Source of the DNA: Microcoleus sp.
GTDB lineage: Bacteria; Cyanobacteriota; Cyanobacteriia; Cyanobacteriales; Microcoleaceae
Direction: 5' to 3'
Length of the DNA: 64,000 nt
NCBI GenBank assembly: GCA_042408215.1
Contig: JAYFMW010000003.1
Coordinates: forward strand, 224,001 to 288,000
Below, one piece after another: positions 11,378 to 22,108 of the stretch (position 1 is its first letter; each line of letters opens with the position of its first letter). The notes under the pieces were generated by a model. That model worked only from the letters and a program-made list of their open reading frames with translations. It had not been told where the DNA came from and ran no database searches. Both the position numbers and the translations under genes were made by a program.

Positions 11378-12025
11378 CTAAACAAGTGCTTCTTGATAAT
11401 CGAGATTTTCATCGAGATAAATAGCTCGAATATCCTCCGGCAAATTTGCTTCGAGAGTTTGATATCCTTTTTGCAGCAAAGCCCTTACCTGAGCCGGCGA
11501 AATAGCTTCACCTTCTGCTTGTAAATAAGCTGCAATTCTGGTTTCGCTCCAGCGGAAAGTCTGAGCCATCAACACAACTAAACGCGGTAGCGGTGCTAAC
11601 AATTCTAAAGCTTGTTTGACGTAACACCACAGAGGAGGCGGAGCCGATTGCAAAGAATAATGAATCCTCTCAACAGGAGGCAATTCGGCTTGATTAATGC
11701 AGATAGCGGTGACATTAATTAACCAGTTTTGGAGACTGAGATTTCCGCCATCAGACTCTTGGATTTCGCGGCGCAAATCGAGGCCTCGGAGTTCGTGATA
11801 GATGTGCAGCCAAGTGTGGGCGAATAGGTAATCTCCTTGTACGGGCGATCGCACAGAATGGCGGATCAGCGAGTGAACTATTTGAGCGTAGCGGCAAAAA
11901 ATTGCAGTGAAGTATCTACCCTGGTCGGGATAATTTTGAAACAGGGTTAATAATTCCTGGTCGCTGTGATGGAACAGAGATTTGACAACAGGATGGTTAA
12001 TCTCGGAAAAATTAGGTGTTTGCAC
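11378..12025 (-). CDS. Cyanobacterial sigma-70/ECF-like protein
   Basis: Region 2-like and region 4-like segments (FRWSETRIAAYL); GTG start at 12025 is inferred. Confidence 0.6.
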   Translation of the reverse strand: MQTPNFSEINHPVVKSLFHHSDQELLTLFQNYPDQGRYFTAIFCRYAQIVHSLIRHSVRSPVQGDYLFAHTWLHIYHELRGLDLRREIQESDGGNLSLQNWLINVTAICINQAELPPVERIHYSLQSAPPPLWCYVKQALELLAPLPRLVVLMAQTFRWSETRIAAYLQAEGEAISPAQVRALLQKGYQTLEANLPEDIRAIYLDENLDYQEALV

Positions 12026-12133
12026 AATTGTTCTGGAATGGTTTGGTAATAAATATTGAAATAGTACCATATCCTCCGCCGCCCGGTGTTTAGATCGCAA
12101 ACACATCTCCAGGCTGCGATCGCACTTGCTCCG

Positions 12134-13417
12134 CTAAGGTTTTTGATCTGGCTGCGGCTGCTTTTCCGCAGGTTTTATTGCTCCAAATCGCTGCAATGTG
12201 TGGGTGTACCAGTCGATATCCCGCCAAGTTGTAAATTTGGCGCTGTTTTGATCGCATTTTTGCTTTACGGTTGTCAAACTTGCTGTGTCGCTTTTAGTTG
12301 CTTCCAGCACCTGGAATAAGATGCAGTGAGCTAGCCCTTCTTGGTTCTCAAGCGGCTTTTTTTCGTCAAGATAGATCGCTTTTTTGAGGTTCTCAGTAGC
12401 TGCGGTGTAGTCTTTTTTTTGTAATAGCGTCCATCCCAAATTTTTGTATAATTTGTATTTCACTTCCTCGGTTTGACTGGTCTCCAAACCGAGACGAAAC
12501 ATGGTCTCAGCTTCGGTGTAGTCTTGTTTGAGAAAAGCTAACCGCCCCAAATTGTTAAAAGCTTTGTGTTGGTTTCCGGATAAGGCAGTTTGATACGCTG
12601 TTTTAGCCTCGTCAAATTTGAGCATGGCTTCGTAAACTTCGCCCCGATACAGGTAAAAATCAGCATTCTGCGGGTCGAGGGCGATCGCTTGGTCGAAGTT
12701 ATTTCGTGCTTGGTCTAACTGACCTTGAGCCAGATGTTTTTGCCCGTTTTTACTGTAATATTTAGCAAGACTTGGCAGGGAAGCGTTGAGAGCGATCGCG
12801 CTCAGCAGCATGATTGCTGACAAGCCACAAGTAAATTCAGACTGGTATTTGAGAGGAATTTTCCAATTCTTGAGCAAGCGCTCAACAAATTGCTGCCCCC
12901 CTTTCGTCAACGAGCCCCCTGCTACCAGCAGCGTCAGCCCGCTTTGGCTGAGCATCCCAAATGCTTCGGCGATCCCGACGCCGCCTGCTGCAAACCGTGG
13001 TTGAATGCTGCCAATAAAGCTGGTAGTCGTTACTAAGCAAGCAATGCTCAGCAATTGCCACAGCCAGTCCCACTGTTTTGACGGCGGCTGGAGTTGGTCG
13101 ATGTACCACCACCATGCGATTTGGGGGGGATTGAAACTGCGCCGCCACTTATCGAACTCGACTGCTTCGTTAATTGACTCAGCCTGTTCTTTTAAGCGAT
13201 CGTCTAACCGAAGTACAGCAACTAAACTTTCAGCAGGAGGCTGAGTTGTTTTGGAGAGGGCGGAACTCGCGTTATCCCGGGCTGCGAGAACTTCTAGGAC
13301 TTTTTCTGGCTGTGGATTTGATGCCTTCTCGATCGCGCTCAGGGCTGCCTCATAGCGAGCGATTGCACAATCTAAATCCGAAGTAACTTGTGCCTCTGAA
13401 TTTGCATCAATAGCCAT
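12134..13417 (-). CDS. Membrane-anchored TPR protein
   Basis: Central TM helices followed by several TPR-like repeats (AFNNLG, YKNLG). Confidence 0.8.
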   Translation of the reverse strand: MAIDANSEAQVTSDLDCAIARYEAALSAIEKASNPQPEKVLEVLAARDNASSALSKTTQPPAESLVAVLRLDDRLKEQAESINEAVEFDKWRRSFNPPQIAWWWYIDQLQPPSKQWDWLWQLLSIACLVTTTSFIGSIQPRFAAGGVGIAEAFGMLSQSGLTLLVAGGSLTKGGQQFVERLLKNWKIPLKYQSEFTCGLSAIMLLSAIALNASLPSLAKYYSKNGQKHLAQGQLDQARNNFDQAIALDPQNADFYLYRGEVYEAMLKFDEAKTAYQTALSGNQHKAFNNLGRLAFLKQDYTEAETMFRLGLETSQTEEVKYKLYKNLGWTLLQKKDYTAATENLKKAIYLDEKKPLENQEGLAHCILFQVLEATKSDTASLTTVKQKCDQNSAKFTTWRDIDWYTHTLQRFGAIKPAEKQPQPDQKP

Positions 13418-13546
13418 CGCACCTTAACTCATAAATTGTGAAACCGTCAACTATCTTAGGACAGTCTATACTATCTCGCAAGCCTTTAACTGTAAATTGG
13501 CGTTAAAAATGTGCGATCGCATCCTAAGTTTGTTCTGAATTACTAT

Positions 13547-16500
13547 TTAGATACAACCACCATATCCTCCACCCCCCGGAGTCTCGATCGCAAACACATC
13601 CCCAGCCTGCATTTCCACAGTCGCCGTACTCCCCAACTCCTCAACTTTTCCATCCAATCTTTCAACATAATTCCGCCCCAAAACACCGTTTCCCCCACCA
13701 TTCAAACCGCAAGGATAAATCACCCGCCTCCCCGATAAAATCCCCGCCGTCATCGCCTCCCGAAACCGCACTCGCCGCACAACTCCATTACCCCCGCGAT
13801 GACATCCATTCCCCCCGCTATTAGCCCGAATTGCAAAACTTTCCAACAACACCGGAAAGCGCCATTCTAATACTTCAGGATCGGTTAAACGCGAATTAGT
13901 CATGTGAGTTTGCACCGCATCCGTACCATCAAAATTTACACCCGCACCCGCACCGCCACAAATAGTTTCATAATATTGATAACGCTCATTTCCAAAAGTA
14001 AAATTATTCATAGTTCCCTGAGAAGCCGCCATCACTCCCAAAGCACAATACAAAGCATCGGTAATATTCTGCGAAGTTTCCACATTACCTGCAACTACCG
14101 CCGCCGGATAGCGAGGATTCAGCATACAGCCTTCGGGATTGATGATTTCGAGAGGTTTCAAACAGCCCGCATTCAGAGGGATATCGTCATCTACTAATGT
14201 ACGGAAAACATACAAAACCGCAGCTTTGCAAACCGCTGCGGGAGCATTAAAATTGTTGGTTTGTTGAGGAGAAGTGCCAGTAAAATCTATTTTCGCACTG
14301 CGGGCAGATTTGTCAATAGTAATAGCTACTTTAATCTGTCCGCCACTATCCATCGGATAAGTAAACTCGCCATTTTTCAAAACATCAATTACCCGTCGCA
14401 CCGACTCCTCAGCATTGTCTTGTACGAAGCCCATATAAGCTTGTACTGTTTCTAATCCGTAATGTTCTACCATCTTGATAAGTTCTTCTGCACCGCGCTT
14501 GTTAGCAGCAATTTGTGCTTGCAAATCGGCGATATTTTGAGCGGAATTGCGAACAGGCAAATTCCCAGTTTTCAGAAGTTCTAGTAATTGTTGTTCTTGG
14601 AATTTTCCCTCCCTTACTAGCTGAAAATTGTCAAGCAATACGCCTTCCTGAGTTACTGTTGTGCTGTTAGGAGGCATGGAACCGGGAGTAATGCCGCCGA
14701 TGTCGGCGTGATGTCCCCGCGAGGCTACATAGAAGAGAGGAAGGGAATTAGTATTATCAAAAACTGGGGTAATAACGGTGATATCTGGCAGGTGCGTGCC
14801 GCCGTTATAGGGATTATTAGACACATAAACGTCCCCAGATTTAATAGTAGATTGTTTTGCTACAATTAAAGCTGAAACGCTTTCGCTCATCGAACCTAGA
14901 TGCACGGGAATATGCGGCGCATTGGCTACTAATTGCCCGTTTTGGTCGAAGATTGCACAGGAAAAATCGAGGCGTTCTTTAATGTTTACAGAAGAACTTG
15001 TGTTTTGTAAAGTGATGCCCATTTGTTCGGCGATGGCGCGAAACAAGTTATTAAATATTTCCAGCAAAACCGGGTCTGATTTTACCGCAGATAAACGCGA
15101 ATCAACGCGGATATTATCTGCGTTAATCTGCGTTAATCTGCGGTTCAAAATTAAATCATTTCTCTCTGTTAATTCCGCTTCCCATCCAGGCTCGATCGCA
15201 TTCGTTCCCGTGGCTTCAACAATCAGGGCTGGGCCAGTAATGCAGTCGTGCGATCGCAAATTTTCTCTCTGATAAACAGGCGTTTTCTGCCACCCGCCAG
15301 CAACATACATTTGCACCGTTGAAATTGGCTGCACAGGCAAGATGCCTGTGCCACAAGAAGAGGCAATTATTGGTTCATTTTGTACATCCATTGTTTCTAC
15401 AACTTCCACCGAAACTGCTTCGACAATTAGCGCTTTTTCTGGCATAATAAAACTGTAACGCTGTCGGTGTGCCGCTTCAAATTCAGCCTGCATCGCCTCA
15501 AAACTTGCAGCAAAATTTACCGCCAAAACCGAATCACTTCCCTGATATTTTAAATGCAGCTTCCTAACAACTAAAACTTCCTCCTCTTCCTCTGTGCCCT
15601 CTGCGCCTCTGCGGTTCAATTCCCTCTTTCCCTCAGCCTCCAATTCGGCTAAAATATGATGCAAATCAGTAATTAATTCGAGACTTAATTGTTGCTCGAT
15701 CGCCCTTTCGCGAATTGCCCGCACATCAGCCAAACCCATACCGTAAGCCGACAACACCCCTGCATAAGGGTGAATAAATACCCGTTTCATGCCCAAAGCA
15801 TCGGCGATCGCACAAGCGTGTTGGCCACCCGCACCCCCGAAACAGCACAATGTATATTCCGAAACATCATAACCGCGCTGAAGTGAGATTTTTTTCACCG
15901 CATTAGCCATCTTTTCAACGGCGATCGCCAAAAAACCCTCCGCCACCTGTTCCGGTGTCTTCTCGCCCCCAATTTCCCCCGCTAATTGCACAAATTTTTG
16001 CTTGACTACATCAGAGGCGATCGGCAAATCTCCATGCAATCCAAAAACTTTCGGGAAAAAATCAGGCTGAATTTTCCCCAACATCACATTGCAATCAGTC
16101 ACCGTCAAAGGCCCACCTTTGCGATAGCAAGCAGGCCCAGGATTCGCCCCCGCAGAAGCGGGCCCGACGCGGTAGCGAGCACCGTCAAAAAATAGAATTG
16201 AACCGCCACCAGCGGCGACAGTGTGAATTGCCATCACGGGCGATCGTAATCTTACCCCAGCAATTTCTGTCTCAAATTCTCGTTCATATTCGCCGTTAAA
16301 ATGGGCAACATCTGTGGAAGTTCCGCCCATATCAAAGGTAATAATTTTCTCAAAACCTGCGATTTTACTGGTTTTAACTGCACCGACAATTCCCCCAGCC
16401 GGGCCGGATAAAATGCTATTTTTTCCTTGAAATTGTGCGGCATCAACTAAGCCGCCATTCGACTGCATAAACATTAATTTAGGGAATGGGGAATGGGGCA

Positions 16501-17290
16501 TTGGGAATTGGGCATTGGGCATAGGGGGCGGGCAGGAGGAGGGCGGGCACGGGGGCACCGCCCCTACAGATAATTGGCTGGTTATTTGTTCTACATAGCG
16601 ACGTAAAATCGGAGATAAATAAGCATCAACAACCGCAGTATCTCCCCGGAAAATTAGTTTCATCAGCGGGCTAACTTCGTGAGATACTGATATTTGGGTA
16701 AAGCCAATTTCCTGAGCTATTGCGGCAACTTGTTTTTCGTGTTCCGAGTAGCGGTAGCCGTGCATGAAGACGATCGCACAACTGCGAATTCCATCATCAT
16801 AGGCTTGCTGTAAAGACGGGATAAAATGGGGATTGACAGCAATTAACTCTTCACCTTGAGCACTGTAGCGTTCTTCTACTTCCATTACTTTTTCATAAAG
16901 CATTTCTGGTAAAACAATGTGACGGGCGAAGATATTGGGGCGATTTTGATAGCCAATTCTCAAAGCATCGCGAAAACCTTTAGTAATGATTAATAAAGTG
17001 CGATCGCCTTTTCTTTCTAATAAGGCATTTGTCGCCACCGTCGTCCCCATTTTAACCGCTTCAATTTGTGCCGCAGGTATAGGAACATCTCCAGCAATTC
17101 CCAAAATGTCGCGAATTCCTTGAACTGCCGCATCAATGTAGCGATCGGGATTTTCAGATAGCAATTTGTGAATGACTAATTTACCATCAGGGCCTTTAGC
17201 AACAATATCAGTAAAAGTGCCACCGCGATCGATCCAAAATTGCCAGCCAGTGCGATCGCCAAAAACAGCATTCATATCTTTATCACTCAT
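13547..17290 (-). CDS. 5-oxoprolinase (hydantoinase A/B fusion)
   Basis: [30 protein letters not shown] and TPGGGGYG motifs. Confidence 0.93.
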   Translation of the reverse strand: MSDKDMNAVFGDRTGWQFWIDRGGTFTDIVAKGPDGKLVIHKLLSENPDRYIDAAVQGIRDILGIAGDVPIPAAQIEAVKMGTTVATNALLERKGDRTLLIITKGFRDALRIGYQNRPNIFARHIVLPEMLYEKVMEVEERYSAQGEELIAVNPHFIPSLQQAYDDGIRSCAIVFMHGYRYSEHEKQVAAIAQEIGFTQISVSHEVSPLMKLIFRGDTAVVDAYLSPILRRYVEQITSQLSVGAVPPCPPSSCPPPMPNAQFPMPHSPFPKLMFMQSNGGLVDAAQFQGKNSILSGPAGGIVGAVKTSKIAGFEKIITFDMGGTSTDVAHFNGEYEREFETEIAGVRLRSPVMAIHTVAAGGGSILFFDGARYRVGPASAGANPGPACYRKGGPLTVTDCNVMLGKIQPDFFPKVFGLHGDLPIASDVVKQKFVQLAGEIGGEKTPEQVAEGFLAIAVEKMANAVKKISLQRGYDVSEYTLCCFGGAGGQHACAIADALGMKRVFIHPYAGVLSAYGMGLADVRAIRERAIEQQLSLELITDLHHILAELEAEGKRELNRRGAEGTEEEEEVLVVRKLHLKYQGSDSVLAVNFAASFEAMQAEFEAAHRQRYSFIMPEKALIVEAVSVEVVETMDVQNEPIIASSCGTGILPVQPISTVQMYVAGGWQKTPVYQRENLRSHDCITGPALIVEATGTNAIEPGWEAELTERNDLILNRRLTQINADNIRVDSRLSAVKSDPVLLEIFNNLFRAIAEQMGITLQNTSSSVNIKERLDFSCAIFDQNGQLVANAPHIPVHLGSMSESVSALIVAKQSTIKSGDVYVSNNPYNGGTHLPDITVITPVFDNTNSLPLFYVASRGHHADIGGITPGSMPPNSTTVTQEGVLLDNFQLVREGKFQEQQLLELLKTGNLPVRNSAQNIADLQAQIAANKRGAEELIKMVEHYGLETVQAYMGFVQDNAEESVRRVIDVLKNGEFTYPMDSGGQIKVAITIDKSARSAKIDFTGTSPQQTNNFNAPAAVCKAAVLYVFRTLVDDDIPLNAGCLKPLEIINPEGCMLNPRYPAAVVAGNVETSQNITDALYCALGVMAASQGTMNNFTFGNERYQYYETICGGAGAGVNFDGTDAVQTHMTNSRLTDPEVLEWRFPVLLESFAIRANSGGNGCHRGGNGVVRRVRFREAMTAGILSGRRVIYPCGLNGGGNGVLGRNYVERLDGKVEELGSTATVEMQAGDVFAIETPGGGGYGGCI

Positions 17291-17347
17291 CTTCTCTTTT
17301 CTTCCTTCGCGCCCTTAGCGCCTTCGCGGTTCGTTCAAATAAAACTG

Positions 17348-18241
17348 CTATATATATCGAATAGCCCCAACCAGCCCCCGACAAACACCAGCCAAAAAAT
17401 CCAAATCCAAAGTCTCAATTTTATCGCTTGCTTGATGATAGTGAGGATTTCGCATATTAGCCGTATCCGTCACCATTATAGCCCGATAACCATTATCCCA
17501 GAAAGGAGCATGATCGCTGCGGCGAGTATCGGCGACAATTAAACCTCGATTCGGCACCGGCAGCCACTCGCAGCGCTGGCCAGATTTGCGAATTTTACCA
17601 CTTAAATTAATCAGATCTGGAACAGTCCGCAAATTGCCAATTAAAGCAATAAAATTGCCGCTATTTGGATAAAAATATTTCAAGCCAGCGGGATAGTTTT
17701 GAGAATTAGAATTATGATTGCAGTAACCTAACATTTCCAAGGAAATCATTAATCGCAGTGGCTGTTTTTGTGCTTGTAACTTAGCAGCATAATGCTTGCT
17801 ACCAAACAAGCCGTATTCTTCCATATCAAAGGCGACTAATTGCACTGGATATTTGAGAGGGCGAGCGACGAACTCTGCCGCCAACTCCAGCAAAACAGCA
17901 ACTCCCGTAGCATTATCATCCGCCCCCGGACTACCCGGTACTGTATCGTAATGAGCGCCTATTAAAATCGTCGGCAACCCCTTCTTAATCCGCTTTTCAA
18001 TCCCCGGATTGTCTTGCTTCCCCCCCTTAGCAAGGGGGGGACTGAGGGGGGGTAAATTCAAAATCAAATTGTGATGAATTCGGCCGCGCAACGAAAAATC
18101 GTCAATTTCTACAGTTCCCCACTGTGCTAACTGTTCGCGAATGTATTGCTGGACATAAAAATGTCCTGCTGATGCGAGATATGGGTTGCGATCGCGGACA
18201 ATTTGAATCAGATGATTGTGCAAGCGTTCCTTGAGATCCAT
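17348..18241 (-). CDS. M28 family peptidase
   Basis: GAHYD, GADDNATG, EE and SDH motifs. Confidence 0.9.
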   Translation of the reverse strand: MDLKERLHNHLIQIVRDRNPYLASAGHFYVQQYIREQLAQWGTVEIDDFSLRGRIHHNLILNLPPLSPPLAKGGKQDNPGIEKRIKKGLPTILIGAHYDTVPGSPGADDNATGVAVLLELAAEFVARPLKYPVQLVAFDMEEYGLFGSKHYAAKLQAQKQPLRLMISLEMLGYCNHNSNSQNYPAGLKYFYPNSGNFIALIGNLRTVPDLINLSGKIRKSGQRCEWLPVPNRGLIVADTRRSDHAPFWDNGYRAIMVTDTANMRNPHYHQASDKIETLDLDFLAGVCRGLVGAIRYI

Positions 18242-18314
18242 GCAGTCTGCTACACAACGAGTACAATAAAATTATATTCTGTTTAATCTGGGAAATTCTA
18301 GGAAGACAAGCAAA

Positions 18315-18929
18315 ATGCCCTACAGCGATTTTAGTTTAGAAAAAGTCAAGCGAACCTTTGAACTGACAACTTCAGAAACAGTCGATCTATTCGGAGATAT
18401 ACCTGAATTAGAATGCAGCGCCCTATTGACAGAGACTCTCCGCTACAATGTACCTTTAGCCGTTGCCAGCAACAGCGAAAAAGCGCGCTCTGAAATGATT
18501 ATTTCCCCAATTTTAATCGACCTCAGAAGACAGTTAAGGGAACGAATTAACTTGTTTTCTGGAATAGAGTTTGACGTGGATAGCGAAAGGGGATTAAATG
18601 GGATTTGCGACTTTATTATCAGCAATTCACCAGAAATACTATTTGTCAGCGCTCCCGTAATTACCCTAGTGGAAGCAAAAAAAGAAAATATCACTGCTGG
18701 TTTGGGACAATGCGTGGCGGAAATGTTAGCAGCAAGGATATTTAATGAACGTGCCGGCAATGAAATTTTCACAATTTACGGGGCAGTGACAACTGGGAGT
18801 ATTTGGAAATTTATGAAATTAGAAGGAAGTGTAATTAGGATCGATCTGACTGAATATTACCTCAAAGATGTGAATAAAATTTTGGGGATTTTAGCAATGG
18901 GGGCTGTCTCGCAACCAATTGACGTTTGA
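18315..18929 (+). CDS. Cyanobacterial hypothetical protein with a PD-(D/E)XK-like fold
   Basis: SEKARSE...GICDFII...VEAKK...GLGQC.AEM; YGAVTTG motif. Confidence 0.65.
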   Translation: MPYSDFSLEKVKRTFELTTSETVDLFGDIPELECSALLTETLRYNVPLAVASNSEKARSEMIISPILIDLRRQLRERINLFSGIEFDVDSERGLNGICDFIISNSPEILFVSAPVITLVEAKKENITAGLGQCVAEMLAARIFNERAGNEIFTIYGAVTTGSIWKFMKLEGSVIRIDLTEYYLKDVNKILGILAMGAVSQPIDV

Positions 18930-18989
18930 GTGCGATCGGCAGTAAAATTAAGTCAGGTTAAACAAACACAAGTATCAAGCTATAAAACC

Positions 18990-20141
18990 ATGCTAGAAAC
19001 AGTTAGAATAGAAAATTACAAATCAATTCAAAAGCTCAAACTGGAGTTAGGACGAGTAACTGTATTGATTGGTGAAAATGGTTGCGGCAAGAGCAATATT
19101 CTAGAGGCGATCGCCCTTGCTTCTGCTGCGGCTGATGACAAGCTGGATAACGAGTTTTTGGCATCTAGGGGTATTAGGGTGACAGAACCTCAATTTATGC
19201 GATCGGCTTTTGAAAAAGATAATTCTGCACGCGATATCCAACTCTCTTTATTAGGACAAGATAGCCAAGAATTTAGTTTTGTACTCCACAATGAAAATCA
19301 GCCCTATTCTCAGTGGCTAAATCAAGAAGCGGACAAGAGATTTATTCTCAAATTTAGAGAGTATTTTAATACATTTGACGGCAATAAAGAAGAATTAATA
19401 AAAAGTTTATTGGATGACGATCGAAAATTTATTAATATTTTTAAGGAACCAATTAGCAAACTAATTGATTCAGTAAAACTACACAACTTTTTGATTTATT
19501 CTCCAGAGAATTACTCTTTGCGGATATTTGAACGAGAAGATCAAATTCAACCGCTAGGGATTTACGGTGAAGGCTTATTTAAGCTATTACAAGTTTTGAG
19601 TTTAGAAGAAAATCAGGAAAAACTTACAGAAATTAAGGCTTTACTTCGGTTAATAGATTGGTTTAAAGATTTTGAGATTCCTCGCACCTATAGCGAATTT
19701 GAATACAGCCTTCAAATCGCAGACAGATACTTAGACCCGGATCTAACTTATTTCGACCAAAGGAGTTCTAATGAAGGGTTTTTGTTTTTGCTTTTTTACT
19801 TTACTTTATTTATTAGCGATATCACACCTAAATTTTTTGCAATTGACAATATAGATGCTTCTCTAAACCCTCGATTATGCCGCAGGTTAATGCAAGAATT
19901 AGTTGAATTAGCAAAAAAACACGACAAACAAGTTATATTTACAACTCACAACCCGGCAGTTTTGGACGGTTTAGATTTAGATGATGATGAACAGCGGCTG
20001 TTTGTCATTTACCGCAACCAATTAGGACATACTAAAGCCAGACGTATTCTCAAACCTGAACCTCTCGAAGGACAGGAACCTGTAAAACTCTCCGAGGCTT
20101 TTTTGAGGGGCTATATCGGAGGACTTCCTAAGAATTTTTAA
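18990..20141 (+). CDS. ABC-type ATPase (AAA_15/AAA_21-like)
   Basis: IENYKSI, Walker A GENGCGKS, Walker B-like FAIDNID, H-loop TTHNP. Confidence 0.85.
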   Translation: MLETVRIENYKSIQKLKLELGRVTVLIGENGCGKSNILEAIALASAAADDKLDNEFLASRGIRVTEPQFMRSAFEKDNSARDIQLSLLGQDSQEFSFVLHNENQPYSQWLNQEADKRFILKFREYFNTFDGNKEELIKSLLDDDRKFINIFKEPISKLIDSVKLHNFLIYSPENYSLRIFEREDQIQPLGIYGEGLFKLLQVLSLEENQEKLTEIKALLRLIDWFKDFEIPRTYSEFEYSLQIADRYLDPDLTYFDQRSSNEGFLFLLFYFTLFISDITPKFFAIDNIDASLNPRLCRRLMQELVELAKKHDKQVIFTTHNPAVLDGLDLDDDEQRLFVIYRNQLGHTKARRILKPEPLEGQEPVKLSEAFLRGYIGGLPKNF

Positions 20142-20142
20142 T

Positions 20143-20820
20143 ATGATTAGTTTTGGATTAATTACTGAGGGATTGACTGACCAGATTGTGATTGAAAATA
20201 TTTTAGCAGGATATTTCGATAATCCCGATCTAGATATTAGACCGCTTCAACCAGCAAGAGATAAAGATGATGAGAACAAATTTAAAGGTTATGGTAGTTG
20301 GAGTCAAGTTTTTGCTTATTGTCGTTCAAGAGATTTTCAAGAAGCGTTTCAATTTAATAAGTATATAATTATCCAAATAGATACTGATGTTTCAGAAGAT
20401 TATGAAGTCCGTCAGCGAGATGAAAATAATGAGTTTACTCCTGAAGAGTTAATCGCCAAAGTTATTGAAAAGTTTAAAGAGGTAATTGGCGAAGATTTCT
20501 ACAGTAAATGTCAAGATAAAATCATTTGGGCTATATCAGTACACTCTATTGAGTGTTGGTTGCTGCCGCTATATTGTACAGGCAAGAAAAAGTCTAAATT
20601 GAAAAATTGTTTAGGGACGTTAAATCAGGAGCTTGTAAAGAAACATAGTTTTACAATTGACGCTAATGCTAAAAATCCTGAATATTATCGGGAAATTTCA
20701 AAACAATATAGCAAGCATAAAGTTTTGATGGCTTGTTACCAATACAATCCCAGTTTGAAAAGTTTTGTAGTAGAGATTGAAAGCAAAAAAATTGTGATTG
20801 CTTTAGAAGATGACTGGTGA
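20143..20820 (+). CDS. TOPRIM-like (DUF4276/RloB-like) partner of the ATPase
   Basis: EGLTD, IDTD and IECWLL motifs; starts 1 nt after the ATPase stop. Confidence 0.6.
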   Translation: MISFGLITEGLTDQIVIENILAGYFDNPDLDIRPLQPARDKDDENKFKGYGSWSQVFAYCRSRDFQEAFQFNKYIIIQIDTDVSEDYEVRQRDENNEFTPEELIAKVIEKFKEVIGEDFYSKCQDKIIWAISVHSIECWLLPLYCTGKKKSKLKNCLGTLNQELVKKHSFTIDANAKNPEYYREISKQYSKHKVLMACYQYNPSLKSFVVEIESKKIVIALEDDW

Positions 20821-20850
20821 AATTTCACAATTCTCCCTAAAATCCACCTG

Positions 20851-21927
20851 CTAAACTTCCGATTCCAATTCGCCTACCCGCACCTGCACCGATAACTCTA
20901 CAGCATCCAACTCAGACGACTCTAATAATCCTGTGGCTTCTCCCTCAGCACTTGCTTTGTCCTGCGATCGCATTTTCTGCAATTTCTCAGTCAAAGTATC
21001 CCGCTGATTAATCAAATAAATACTCACCAAAGTCAGCCCAACCCCCAGAGATTGCAGCGGATTGAGCACTTCGCCCAAAAACAAATTGCCAAACAGTAAG
21101 GCAAAAACTGGGGTAAGAAAGGTAAGAGAACTTAAACTCGTTAGACTGCCACTTGAAGCAAAATAAAAGAATAAACCATAGGCGATCGCACTTCCGAATA
21201 TAGTAGAATAACCTAACGCCATCCAGCCCGAAACATCAATATTTACAAACTGATCGGACTCAGTTGCCGCCGAAATTGCCAACAGCGGCAAACCGCCCAA
21301 AATCATGTGCCAGCCCGTCGCCACCACCGGGTCAACATAACGGCAAACCCAGCGCACAAGTACAGTTCCCACAGCCATCGACAAAGCCGCCAACAGCATC
21401 AACCATTCTCCACCCTGAAATAACTGTTCGATACCCGCCGCAACCTGCACATTTTCAGGATGAAAAAGCCCCAAAATCCAGCCATCCGGCAACCCAATTA
21501 AACTGATACCAGCCAGGCCAATAACTAATCCCAACCAGCCCCAAAAACCGATTTTTTCTTGAAACAGCCACAAACACAAAATTGCCACAGCTAGCGGCTG
21601 AGAGTCAATCATCACCGAACCTAAACCCGCACCGGTTCTGGCCAAACCTTCTGCCAAAAAACCTTGAAACAAAGTACCATCAACTAAAGCAAACAGCGAA
21701 ATCCACAGCCAAGCTTTCCAACCCTGCGGCGATTGTTTTCCCATCAATGCCGCCGCTAGCAGCACCAACACGCCAGCCGGCACCAAACGCACGACAGCCA
21801 CAAACAGCGGAGTTGTGTGCGGCATCACCCCTTTCATCGCTACCATCGCGGTTCCCCACAGGAAAAACGGCGCAATTAGCAACAGCGGCGCGAAAGGCAA
21901 TTTTGAATCGGTAAGCTTTAGCTGCAT
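20851..21927 (-). CDS. EamA/DMT family transporter
   Basis: About 10 TM helices in two repeats; LWGT..VAMK start motif. Confidence 0.88.
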   Translation of the reverse strand: MQLKLTDSKLPFAPLLLIAPFFLWGTAMVAMKGVMPHTTPLFVAVVRLVPAGVLVLLAAALMGKQSPQGWKAWLWISLFALVDGTLFQGFLAEGLARTGAGLGSVMIDSQPLAVAILCLWLFQEKIGFWGWLGLVIGLAGISLIGLPDGWILGLFHPENVQVAAGIEQLFQGGEWLMLLAALSMAVGTVLVRWVCRYVDPVVATGWHMILGGLPLLAISAATESDQFVNIDVSGWMALGYSTIFGSAIAYGLFFYFASSGSLTSLSSLTFLTPVFALLFGNLFLGEVLNPLQSLGVGLTLVSIYLINQRDTLTEKLQKMRSQDKASAEGEATGLLESSELDAVELSVQVRVGELESEV

Positions 21928-22108
21928 GGGTCGGGCTCCAGATAATTGATGAGATTGATTCTCGTGGGGATGATGTAGTTTTGTTAAGCAATTTAGACAA
22001 TTATATAGTGGAACAGGCATCTTGCCTGTTGCGAACAATCTGGCACAACATCTACCCCGATGAATAAGGCAAACTAGAAGTTAGCTACACAAGTTCGTAA
22101 AACTGCCC

